Assembly (NCBI GenBank): GCA_026693065.1
Contig: JAPLNA010000230.1
Coordinates: forward strand, 2,726-59,624
Direction: 5' to 3'
DNA from: Planctomycetota bacterium
Lineage (GTDB): Bacteria; Planctomycetota; Phycisphaerae; SM23-33
Length of the DNA: 56,899 nt
Shown here one piece after another: positions 35,425 through 44,180 of this stretch. Position 1 is the stretch's first letter. Each line of letters starts with the position of its first letter. A program made the position numbers and the translations under genes. The notes under the pieces are model-generated. The model was not told where the DNA came from and ran no database searches. It worked only from the letters and a program-made list of their open reading frames with translations.

Positions 35425-37135
35425 ATGAGTGCACCAATCACAGGCTGGACGGGCAAGCTCCTCCGCGTCGATCTCACGACCGGGCGGCATGAGTTTGAAA
35501 CCATCCCCGAATCGCTTCGCCACGAGTGCCTCGGCGGGCGCGGGCTGGCTGGGCATTACCTGCGCCCGGCCGTCACGAAGCCCTGGGACGACCCCGATTC
35601 GCCCCTGCTGCTGTTCACCGGCCCGCTGACGGGCACGGCCTGCCCGACGTCCGGGCTGATGGTGCTCGCCGGACGCTCGCCCCTGACCGGCACGATCACC
35701 ACCGCCGGCGTGGGCGGCTCGCTCGGCACGGAGATCCAGCACGCCGGGCTCGACGGCATCATTATCACGGGCCGGGCGCCCGGGCTTCGAGGTCTGGAGA
35801 TCCACGACGGGGCCGTCCGGCTCGTCAACGCCGAGCCCCTGCGCGGCGCGGAGGTCGGGGCGGTCTTCCACGCCCTCGGCGACGCCCCCGGCGCGGCGAT
35901 CGGCCCGGCGGGCGAGAACCGCTCCCTCCTGGCGGCCGTCCTGGTCGACCGCTACTACACCGCCGGGCGAGGCGGGCTCGGCGCCGCCTGGGGCGCCAAG
36001 GGCCTCAAGTTCATCAGCGTTCGCGGCACCGGGCGGGTCGCCGTCGCCGACGAACAGGCCCTGGCCGGGGCCAGCCAGGCCATCGGGCGCCTCATCGACG
36101 CCTCCCCCGCCCTCATGGGCGAACTGGGCATCGCCCACTTCGGCACGGGCGCTCTCTACGACCTGATCGGCTCGCGACGAATGATGCCCACCGCCAACTT
36201 CCGCCGCACCCACTTCCACAACGCCGCGGCCATGAACGCCTGGGCCTATCGCCAGGCGTATCACCCCACCTCCGCCGGCTGTCGCGGCTGCCAGGTGCTC
36301 TGCAAGCTCCGCCGGAACGACGGGCACATCCTGCCCGAGTTCGAGACGATGTCGCACTTCTCCGCCCTCATCGAGAACGACAGCCTCCCCGCCGTCGTCG
36401 AGGCCAACGACCGCTGCCGCGAGCTCGGGCTCGAACCGATCTCCGTCGCCGGCGCCATTGCCTGCCGGGCCGAGCTGCTGGGACAAACCACCACGCCCGA
36501 GCGAGCTGGCCGACGGGTCGTGGCGATACGCCGCCGCCCAAGGTCGGCCCGAGCTATCCATGTCCGTCAAGAAACAAGAACTGCCCGCCTGCGACCCGCG
36601 CGGGGCCTACGGGCTGGCCCTGGGCTACGCCACCAGCACCGCCGGCGGCGACCACCTGCGGGCCTACCCCATCACCCACGAGGTCCTGCGAAAGCCCGTC
36701 GCCACCGACCGCTTCACGTTCAGCGGCAAGGCCCGCATCATCAAGATCTCCGAAGACGCCAACGCCGCCGTCGATTCCCTGACGGCCTGTCAGTTCATCT
36801 TCTTCGCCTGCTCGCTGGAGGAATACTCCCGCGCCTTCTCGGCCGTCACGGGCCAGGGGGCCTCCGCCCAGCAACTCCTCAACGCCGGCGAGCGGATCTA
36901 TTACAACGAGCGGATGATGAACGCCACTAACGGTTTTGCCGCTGCGGACGACGACCTGCCTGCCCGCTTCTTCACCGAGCCCGGCTCCAGCGGCGATGGC
37001 ATCGACGTCCACCCCATCGACCGGGCCGATTTTCTCCAGGCCCGCGCCAACTACTACAAAGTCCGGGGCCTGAACGAAAACGGAATGCCCACTCGCGAGA
37101 AGGCCCGCCAACTGAATCTGCCATGGAACGATTGA
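35425..37135 (+). pseudogene. Aldehyde:ferredoxin oxidoreductase (W/Mo-pterin), split near 36495
   Basis: GWTGKLLRVDLT, LGGRGLA, RSPLTG, IGPAGE, GRGGLGA..GAKGLK, CRGCQVLC, PEFET; the C-terminal frame has DPRG..LGYATS..GGDHLRAY, ERMMN, D.LPARF, YYKVRG. TATAAT at 35408-35413. Confidence 0.85.
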
Positions 37136-38313
37136 TCCGCAAATACGCCGACAAGCTCGTCTCGCACGGCCTGGCGGCCCCGGGCGAGCCCCTGCTGGCC
37201 GGGCTGGACTCCGAGATTGTCTGGAACCGCCCGGACAAGCGGACGGCCCTGCTGGCGACGCTGTTCGACACCCTCAGCATCAACTCGCTGCTGTTCGCCC
37301 GCCCAGCCCAGCCCTACGCGGCCATCATCGACTACCTCGCCGCCCGCGCCGACGAGGCCATCTTTCCCATCGACTGCGAAAGCCGCACGTTCTTCCACGA
37401 CCTTCCCGTGGCCCGGGAGTTTTCCGCCAAGACCATCGCCGCCGCCCTCCGCCGACGAAAGAGCGTCACCATCCCGGGCGAGGGCATCGTCACCTTCGGG
37501 GCGGTCAGCCCCGAGCAGGCCTTCGTCACCTTCAGCTCCGTGTGCTTTGCCTGTTACGTGAAATTCCACCTGGACTACCTGCGAGACGCCCGCGCCGGCA
37601 CACTCACGCCTGAGCAGCGGGCGGTCTTCGAGCTGGCCGCTGCCATGCCCAACCCCCTGCCGGAAACTCCCCCGGCCGTCCGGCGCGGGCCCTTCACCAG
37701 CGACTCAGCCGTGCTCGAAGCCATCTGGGAGGCCGGGCGGCTCACCGTCGAGTACCACATGGTCGATTCGTTCTTCGGCAACGTCTCCTGCCGCCGCGGG
37801 GACACCCTCTTCATCACGCAAACCGGCAGCAGCCTGGACGAACTTCCCGGCCGCATCGACGGCTGCCCGATGGACGGCTCGAGCTGCGCCGGCCTGACGG
37901 CCTCCAGCGAGCTGAAAGCCCACCACGAGATCGCCCTCCGCAGCGGCTGCACCGCCGTGCTGCACGGGCACCCCAAGTTCAGCGTGATCCTCTCGATGGA
38001 CTGCCCCAAGGCCCACTGCGATCGCGAGGGCGAGTGTCACATCAAGTGCCCCGAGATCCGCTCCGTCTGCGGCGTCCCGGTCGTCCCGGGCGAAGTGGGC
38101 GCGGGCCAGTTCGGCCTGGCCACCACCCTCCCCCCCGTCTTCGCCTCCGGCCACACCGCGGGCATCGTCTACGGCCACGGGCTCTTCACCACGGGTGCTG
38201 TGGATTTCTCTGATGCGTTTGCGACGATGCTCTCCGTGGAACGCAACTGCCGGGAAGAATACTTCCGTCGCGTGGCGCAGGCGGGGCTTGACCGGGGCGA
38301 AGCGGCGCGGTAA
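37123..38313 (+). CDS. Class II aldolase/adducin-family protein with N-terminal extra domain
   Basis: GNVSCR..LFITQTG, ASSELKAH, VLHGHP, VYGHGLFTTG; overlaps the AOR end. Confidence 0.82.
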   Translation: MERLIRKYADKLVSHGLAAPGEPLLAGLDSEIVWNRPDKRTALLATLFDTLSINSLLFARPAQPYAAIIDYLAARADEAIFPIDCESRTFFHDLPVAREFSAKTIAAALRRRKSVTIPGEGIVTFGAVSPEQAFVTFSSVCFACYVKFHLDYLRDARAGTLTPEQRAVFELAAAMPNPLPETPPAVRRGPFTSDSAVLEAIWEAGRLTVEYHMVDSFFGNVSCRRGDTLFITQTGSSLDELPGRIDGCPMDGSSCAGLTASSELKAHHEIALRSGCTAVLHGHPKFSVILSMDCPKAHCDREGECHIKCPEIRSVCGVPVVPGEVGAGQFGLATTLPPVFASGHTAGIVYGHGLFTTGAVDFSDAFATMLSVERNCREEYFRRVAQAGLDRGEAAR

Positions 38314-38352
38314 AGTGAATCGCAGTGGCCGACTTTCGGCGAGGAACAGACC

Positions 38353-38808
38353 ATGACGCCAGCGGCATTGGGAAACGTGATCCGGTTGAACTGCAACGAC
38401 CAGGGGAAGGTTGTGGTGACGGCCCAGGACCAGGATCGTTTCGTGTTGACGATCGAGCAGGCGGCGGCGGCGTGCGCCGAGGGAGACAAGGCCATTCGCT
38501 TCGGCAAGCAGCTCGAAAACGTCCTGTTGCCCAAACTGGGCGCGTGGCTGGCAGCCCACAAGGCAACCGTCCGCAAGGCCTTCCTGACCCAACGCGAGGG
38601 GCGGCTGTTGTTTCTCGTCGTCCAATCCACCGCGCGATACGACCGCCACCTGGCCGACGACTTGACGGCACTGGACATGGACGTCGCCCGGGATGAATCG
38701 CTCGACCTGATTCCGCTGGACGTAATGGCGCTTCCCGCCGTCGACGACAGCGGGGCGGCATCCTTCATGGAATCGGGCCAGGTGATGGTCTTCGCCAATG
38801 CCAAGTAA
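38353..38808 (+). CDS. Hypothetical protein, possibly a degenerate nucleotidyltransferase-fold antitoxin
   Basis: GAGGA RBS; helix followed by VRKAFLT..LLFLVV..YD..L.DDLT.LD; overlaps the next ORF. Confidence 0.55.
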   Translation: MTPAALGNVIRLNCNDQGKVVVTAQDQDRFVLTIEQAAAACAEGDKAIRFGKQLENVLLPKLGAWLAAHKATVRKAFLTQREGRLLFLVVQSTARYDRHLADDLTALDMDVARDESLDLIPLDVMALPAVDDSGAASFMESGQVMVFANAK

Positions 38809-39130
38809 TGCGGCTGTGCATTTCGTGGAAGCCTTGTTCGCCCATGAGCACCCCATGGAACACGGGCGGAATCACCAGATCCGCGAGGGCCTGCTCCGCG
38901 GCAATCGGCGATACGACGAGATCTGGAAGCACTACCGCCCCCTGAAGGACGCCTCGTGCGTCGCCCGGTATCTGGCTTCCGCCCAGGGGACCGAGTATCG
39001 TACATTCGCGGATTACGCCACGATCGATCAAGTCCGCCACGAGTTCGTCGACCACCGCCTTCGCCACGTAGAAGCCTCCGTTCTGAAGTTGATCGCCTCG
39101 CCTCCCGACCGGAAGAATCGGAACCGGTAG
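38798..39130 (+). CDS. Hypothetical helical protein, possibly a truncated HEPN-like protein
   Basis: AVHFVEALFA..H..R..Y..L..AS..ARY pattern; overlaps the upstream gene by 11 nt. Confidence 0.5.
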   Translation: MPSNAAVHFVEALFAHEHPMEHGRNHQIREGLLRGNRRYDEIWKHYRPLKDASCVARYLASAQGTEYRTFADYATIDQVRHEFVDHRLRHVEASVLKLIASPPDRKNRNR

Positions 39131-39180
39131 AGGACTTCGCCGGAGTGCATGATCGGGCATCGGCAACCGGAATCCATCGT

Positions 39181-39399
39181 ATGGCCGGCAAGAAGAAACA
39201 ACACGGCAACGCCGCCCGCGACCTGAAGGCCCTGCGTCGTGCCTTGGCCCACGTCGTCAAGGCCGAGGTCATCGACCCCTGGCTCCAGAAGCCCAACCCC
39301 TCCTTCGACGGCCTGACACCCCTGGAAGTCATCGAACGCGGGCAGATCGACCGCCCCTGGGCCATGGTCTACCGCCTCGAATCCGGCGTCCCCGGGTGA
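39181..39399 (+). CDS. Xre/MbcA/ParS-type antitoxin C-terminal (toxin-binding) domain protein
   Basis: WLQKPNPSFDGLTPLEVIERG is the typical MbcA/ParS C-terminal signature. Confidence 0.75.
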   Translation: MAGKKKQHGNAARDLKALRRALAHVVKAEVIDPWLQKPNPSFDGLTPLEVIERGQIDRPWAMVYRLESGVPG

Positions 39400-39499
39400 C
39401 CGCCCACCCGAGAGCGTCCCGATCCTTGGATGAGAAGGTTTCTTGGATCCATTGACGAGAGGGTCTTGAAGAGTTCCGCGATTGAAATGATACTTCTGA

Positions 39500-39907
39500 A
39501 TGACCGAACGGCCGCTTGCTGGCCAAGTACCCGAGAGAGGCACGACTACGGAACGTCCTACCGGGATTGAGCAGAAGTTCCACCAAGAGATGTTGGGGAT
39601 CTACGAAGCGGCGTTGCGTTTGAAGCCGCCCTATCGCGCCACGCGGTTCCTGCGAATGGTGAATGAGCGCGGGGGCATCGGCGCTGCGCAAGCATTGTTG
39701 GCGACCGGCCAGCCTTCCGATGGATTCACTGAACTCTACTTGCGGGGATGTCGTCTGGACCTGAGCGTTGAGTACCTCGTGCTGAAGTGCCCTTGGCGAG
39801 GCCTGTTTTCCCCAGAACAGTTAGCTATCGCCCGTCGCCGGCTCGAGGAGCACCAGTTCGCTCCTCCTCCGGAGGATTCCTGCAATCCGGGAGACTTGCC
39901 GAAATGA
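39500..39907 (+). CDS. Conserved-looking small hypothetical protein
   Basis: FHQEM..IY..Y.ATRFL.MV..GG..AQ.LL..PSDGFT.L..RLDLSVEYLVL..W..LF..ARRRL pattern; lower GC. Confidence 0.65.
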   Translation: MTERPLAGQVPERGTTTERPTGIEQKFHQEMLGIYEAALRLKPPYRATRFLRMVNERGGIGAAQALLATGQPSDGFTELYLRGCRLDLSVEYLVLKCPWRGLFSPEQLAIARRRLEEHQFAPPPEDSCNPGDLPK

Positions 39908-39985
39908 GGGCAAGCCTGCCGATTCCCGGACGGAAGGAGCATTTGCCTCCCATCTCATCTTTCGACGGTGCAAGAAGGAGAAGTC

Positions 39986-40330
39986 ATGCGGAACCTACTA
40001 ATCGGTGGAATCGTGGGACTGATTCTTGGCGTTGCCGTAACGCTAACGGTAGCACACCTGTGGCCAACTCCAGAAAAGCGTGAAGAGGCCGCATTGCGAG
40101 CTGCCGTGAAGAAGGCTTGGCCCCAATTCAGCGATAAGGAGGTGATGGGTTTGATATCCAAGTGGAGGACCGAGTCTCCGTATGCGAGCACCAAGATGTT
40201 GATCGACCGTATGCCCGAGATCCAGGCCGAGGCCGAGGTACTTCTGCAGAGGGCCCGGGAATACGCTGCTCGAAAGAATGCAGAGGAGTCGACTACCCGC
40301 CCGACGAACCTGGAGGGCCAGGAGAACTGA
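39986..40330 (+). CDS. Hypothetical protein with N-terminal membrane anchor
   Basis: AAGGAG RBS; MRNLLIGGIVGLILGVAVTLTVA; lower GC. Confidence 0.55.
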   Translation: MRNLLIGGIVGLILGVAVTLTVAHLWPTPEKREEAALRAAVKKAWPQFSDKEVMGLISKWRTESPYASTKMLIDRMPEIQAEAEVLLQRAREYAARKNAEESTTRPTNLEGQEN

Positions 40331-40347
40331 GGAAAGGGCCGAATTAC

Positions 40348-40452
40348 TTTCGCCCTTTCAGGGCTCAAAGATGGGGCGGCCACGGCCACCCAGGGCGCCG
40401 CCATCGCGGGCTGTGCCCCGGGCCGTATTCCCAACGGGTCTTCAGGCCGAAA
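40348..40452. repeat. REP-like multi-hairpin element
   Basis: GCCCTTTCAGGGC hairpin, CCCAGGGC..GCCCCGGG hairpin, and related ends (TTTCGCCC..GGCCGAAA). Confidence 0.5.
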
Positions 40453-40465
40453 AGGGACATCTTCT

Positions 40466-40495
40466 TCTCTGCGTTCTCGGCGTTCTCGGCGGTTA
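40466..40495 (-). repeat. Lone arm of a 9-nt-periodic repeat (CGTTCTCGG)
   Basis: TCTCTGCGTTCTCGGCGTTCTCGGCGGTTA just past the GH4 stop. Confidence 0.7.
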
Positions 40496-40516
40496 GTCCC
40501 TCCCCCGCTACTTCCT

Positions 40517-41950
40517 TCAGTCCGTCTTCCTCTGGATCAACTCCCCAAATCGCTTCGCGATCGCCAGGGCCGGGTCGAGGGGAACGTCGACGGGTTGGCA
40601 GTCGGCGGGGATGCTGATGGTGGGGGTGGGGCGGATGGTCTTGCCGGCGAACTGGGGCAGCCACGCGCGCTGGGCTTCGAGCATCTCGGAGCACATGTCG
40701 CGGATTTCCTTGAGGGTGCAGACGGCGCTGGTGAGAGGGTCCATGGCGACGGCGTGGACGATGGCTTCGGTGTCGCCGGAAAGGCCGGCGATGGCGGCGA
40801 GGGTCTGGACGTTGATGTTGCTCTGGCAGGCCGCGGCGAGTTGGGGAGGGAGATCGCCGATGACGGTAGGATGCAGGCCGGTAGCGTCGGCGAAGGTGGG
40901 CACTTCCACGCAGGCCCCGTCGGGGAGGTTGGTGATGTAGCCGCGGTTGGGCACGTTGCCCATGAAGCCGAAGGGTTTACCCGTGACGATGGCCTCCATG
41001 ATGTAGGAGCAGTACTCGCAGGAACGACGGGTGATTTTGGCGTCCTCGAACTCGAGGGGATCGTGGTTGGCGTACTTGGCCTCCAGGGCCTTGGAGTAGT
41101 GGTAGTAGGCGCCGCTCTCGCCGCCGAAGGCCGGCTCGTCGCAGTAGAGGTCCAAGGCCTTGCGATTCTTGCGGAACCAGGGGACGTACTCGCTCAGGTG
41201 GCCGGTGGATTCGGTCATGAAGTACCCGAAGTGGCGGAAGACTTCGCCGCGGACCTTTTCGTTCTTGTAGTACTCGGGCTTCTCGAAAAGCTCGCGGAGT
41301 TGCGGGTACAAATCCCGGCCGTTGTGTTCGAGCTTGAGGAACCAGTCCATGTGGTTGATGCCGCCGCAGACGTAGCGGATCTCGTCCTTGGGCACGCGAC
41401 AGTAGCCGGCGATCAGGTCGAGGGTGGTCTGCACGCCGTGACACAGGCCCACGAAGGGCACGTTGGTCGCGCGGCCGAGGGCGAGGCAGTTGGCGGCCAT
41501 CGGGTTGGCGTATTGCAGCATGACGGCCCCGGGGCGAGCGAGGCGCTCCATGTCGCGGGCGATGTCGGTGAGCACGGGGGTGCTGCGGAGCCCGCGGAAA
41601 ACGCCGCCCGGGCCGAGTGAATCGCCGATGCACTGGTCCACGCCGTACTTGAGCGGGACGTGGTAGTCGATGCCGAAGGCCTCGGTCCCGCCGACCTGGA
41701 TCATGACGACGACGAAGTCGGCGTCCTTGATGGCGGCCCCGCGATCGAGCGTGCTCCAGACGGTGGCCTTCAGGCCGTTCTCTTGGATCATCCGCCGGGC
41801 GAAGGCCTCCATCCGCTTGAGCTTGGGTTCGGTGCGGCTCATGAGGGCGAACTGGCTGTCGGCGAGGGCGGGGGTGGCCAGGATGTCGCTCATGAGCGTC
41901 TTGCAGAACACGACGCTACCGGCCCCGATCATCGCGATCTTCTTTGCCAT
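40517..41950 (-). CDS. melA: GH4 alpha-galactosidase/alpha-glucosidase (MelA-like)
   Basis: KIAMIGAGS, PLKYGVDQCIGDSLGPGG, YANPM, GLCHGV, GINHM, TESTGHLSEY, ITNLP..VEVP. Confidence 0.9.
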   Translation of the reverse strand: MAKKIAMIGAGSVVFCKTLMSDILATPALADSQFALMSRTEPKLKRMEAFARRMIQENGLKATVWSTLDRGAAIKDADFVVVMIQVGGTEAFGIDYHVPLKYGVDQCIGDSLGPGGVFRGLRSTPVLTDIARDMERLARPGAVMLQYANPMAANCLALGRATNVPFVGLCHGVQTTLDLIAGYCRVPKDEIRYVCGGINHMDWFLKLEHNGRDLYPQLRELFEKPEYYKNEKVRGEVFRHFGYFMTESTGHLSEYVPWFRKNRKALDLYCDEPAFGGESGAYYHYSKALEAKYANHDPLEFEDAKITRRSCEYCSYIMEAIVTGKPFGFMGNVPNRGYITNLPDGACVEVPTFADATGLHPTVIGDLPPQLAAACQSNINVQTLAAIAGLSGDTEAIVHAVAMDPLTSAVCTLKEIRDMCSEMLEAQRAWLPQFAGKTIRPTPTISIPADCQPVDVPLDPALAIAKRFGELIQRKTD

Positions 41951-42013
41951 GGTGGTGGTCCTTTCGTGGGGAGCGAGGGAACGAGGGGATAGTATAACGG
42001 GAAGGAGAGCCCT

Positions 42014-42031
42014 CGCGAAGCCGCAAGCGGC
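42014..42031 (-). repeat. 18-bp intergenic REP-like motif, copy 2
   Basis: CGCGAAGCCGCAAGCGGC, the reverse complement of 13222-13239. Confidence 0.6.
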
Positions 42032-42054
42032 TTGGGGAAGGGGATGGGAGCGGA

Positions 42055-43425
42055 TCAGTGAGGCATGACCAGGTATTGGAGGATGAACAGGGCAGCGAGA
42101 ATGTAAACGGCGAGGGGGCACTGGCGCGGGCGGGCGGTCAGAAGTTTCAGGGCGGCGTAACTGATGAAGCCGATGGCGATGCCCGCGGCGATCGAGTAGC
42201 CGAAGGGCATCATGACCATGGTGAGGAAGGCGGGGAGGGCTTCGGTGACGTCGTCCCAGGGGATGTCGCGGAGGGATCGCATCATCATGGCCCCGACGAG
42301 GATCAGGGCCGGGGCGATCGTCGGGTAGGCCAGCCCCTTGCCCACGGGGATTCCCGCCCCGACCATGCCCACCAGCGGCTGGAAAAACAGGGCGGCGACC
42401 AGGCACAACCCGGTGACGATAGTGGCCAGACCCGTGCGGGCGCCGGCCGTCACGCCCGCGGCCGACTCGATGTAGCACGTGACGGTGCTCGTGCCCAGGG
42501 CGGCCCCGACGACGGTGCCGGCGGCGTCCGCGGCGAGGGCGCGTTCGGCCCGGAGGAGCCGCCCATCCCGCATCAGCCCCGCTCGCTGCCCCACCCCCAC
42601 CAGCGTGCCGACTGTGTCGAAGACGGCCATGAACAGAAGCACGAAGCCCAGGATCACCACGTTGAGGGAGTCTTTGCTGAGAAGCTTGTCCCACAGTCCG
42701 GCAAAGCCGGCGAGCAGACCGCCGGCGGTGGCCTCCAGCCCGTGCGGCGTGCCGACGGGATACCGCCACGCGACGGCGGGCACGTGCCAGATCTGCCCGG
42801 CCGCCCAGGCCGCGGCGGTGGTGAAGAGGATGCCCAGCAGGATGGCCCCCGGCACGCGGTAGGCCACCAGGGCGCCCGTGACGGCCAGGCCCAGCAGGGC
42901 CAGCCCCGCCACGTAGTTGCCCGGCATGGGCGCCAGCGTGACGCTGGTGGCTGGGCTGGCGACAACGACGTTGGCGTACTGGAGCCCGATGAGCGTGATG
43001 AACAGCCCGATGCCCGCGGTGATGCCGGTCTTCAGGCTCGCGGGGATGGCCGCCAGGATCTTCGAGCGGAATTCCACCAGCGACAACGCCAGGAACACCA
43101 CGCCCACGACGGCCGTCAGCGCCAGGGCCTCCTGCCAGGAGAGCTTGAAGCTCCCCCCTGCCACGCCGCACAGGGTGAACACGAAGAAGAAGTTCTCGCC
43201 CATACCCGGGGCCAGGGCGACGGGGTAATTGGCCAGCAGGCCCATGAGGAAGCACGCGGCGGCCGAGGACAGGCAGGTGGCCATAAAAACCCCGCCGCGG
43301 TCCATGCCCGCCAGGGCCAGCACCTCCGGCTGGACGAAGAGGATGTAGCTCATCGCCATGAAGGTGGTCAGCCCGCCGATGACCTCGCGGTGAACCGAAC
43401 TGCCGCTTTCGCGAATGCCGAACAT
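42055..43425 (-). CDS. NCS2-family nucleobase permease (AzgA/PbuG-like)
   Basis: EVIGGLTTFMAMSYILFVQP, ANYPVALAPGMG, FDTVGTL, YIESAAGVTAGARTG. Confidence 0.92.
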   Translation of the reverse strand: MFGIRESGSSVHREVIGGLTTFMAMSYILFVQPEVLALAGMDRGGVFMATCLSSAAACFLMGLLANYPVALAPGMGENFFFVFTLCGVAGGSFKLSWQEALALTAVVGVVFLALSLVEFRSKILAAIPASLKTGITAGIGLFITLIGLQYANVVVASPATSVTLAPMPGNYVAGLALLGLAVTGALVAYRVPGAILLGILFTTAAAWAAGQIWHVPAVAWRYPVGTPHGLEATAGGLLAGFAGLWDKLLSKDSLNVVILGFVLLFMAVFDTVGTLVGVGQRAGLMRDGRLLRAERALAADAAGTVVGAALGTSTVTCYIESAAGVTAGARTGLATIVTGLCLVAALFFQPLVGMVGAGIPVGKGLAYPTIAPALILVGAMMMRSLRDIPWDDVTEALPAFLTMVMMPFGYSIAAGIAIGFISYAALKLLTARPRQCPLAVYILAALFILQYLVMPH

Positions 43426-43497
43426 GCCGTTTCTCCCACGGACAAACGTGTCGGAACGCCTACATCCGTATTGTAGAGCCCGCGGCGAGACGGGGCT

Positions 43498-43974
43498 TCA
43501 TTTCTTGCCCATCGCCCGCTGCTTGCGGAAGAACTCGGTGAGCAGGTCGCCACACTCCCGCGCCCGGACGCCCGCGACGACGTCGACCTGGTGGTTGAGG
43601 CGGGGGTCGTTGCACAGGCGATACAGCGTATCGACGGCGCCGGCCTTCGGGTCGGCGGCGCCGTAGACCACGCGTTCGATCCGCGCCAGCACGATCGCCC
43701 CGGCGCACATGCAGCACGGTTCGAGCGTGACGACGAGCGTGCAGCCTTCCAGCCGCCAGTCGCCCAGGGCGGCCGCGGCGGCGCGAATCGCCAGCAGCTC
43801 GGCGTGCGCGGTCGGGTCGGCGTCGATGATCCGCCGGTTGTGCGCCCGGGCGACGACAAGGCCCTCCCGTGCGATCACGGCGCCGATGGGCACGTCGCCG
43901 GCGGCCTCGGCCGCGGCCGCTTCTTCGAGGGCGGCGGACATCCAGGTGTCGTGTTGTTGTTCGATGATCGTCAT
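43498..43974 (-). CDS. tadA: tRNA adenosine(34) deaminase
   Basis: VPIGAV, DPTAHAE, TLEPCCMCAGA, YGAADPKAG, LNH, FFR. Confidence 0.92.
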   Translation of the reverse strand: MTIIEQQHDTWMSAALEEAAAAEAAGDVPIGAVIAREGLVVARAHNRRIIDADPTAHAELLAIRAAAAALGDWRLEGCTLVVTLEPCCMCAGAIVLARIERVVYGAADPKAGAVDTLYRLCNDPRLNHQVDVVAGVRARECGDLLTEFFRKQRAMGKK

Positions 43975-43996
43975 GCCGATGGGCCGCGGAGGCGAC

Positions 43997-44166
43997 AAAT
44001 CCGAAATTCGAAGCACGAAATCCGAAACAAATCCAAAACGGAAAAACTCAAATGTCCAAAACACCGGAAGGAATCCCTGCGCCGGCGGATGTCCTTGTGT
44101 AGTTTCGGATTTCGGTCATTTGAGTTTGGGTATTGTTTCGAGTTTCGGATTTCGTGCTTCGGATTT
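43997..44166. repeat. Inverted arms of 7-nt-periodic AAATCCG/AAGCACG repeats
   Basis: Perfect 20-bp inverted repeat 44009-44028/44142-44161 plus inner 11-bp pair AAACTCAAATG/CATTTGAGTTT. Confidence 0.88.
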
Positions 44167-44180
44167 GGCTCTCCGAGCCG

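Noticed and set aside
41951-43255. N-terminal extension making melA a 912-aa fusion
   Set aside because: Out-of-frame overlap with the NCS2 permease; the real start is 41950 with an AAAGGA RBS. The ORF-track extensions of pyk, the second GH4 and nfeD were trimmed for the same reason.
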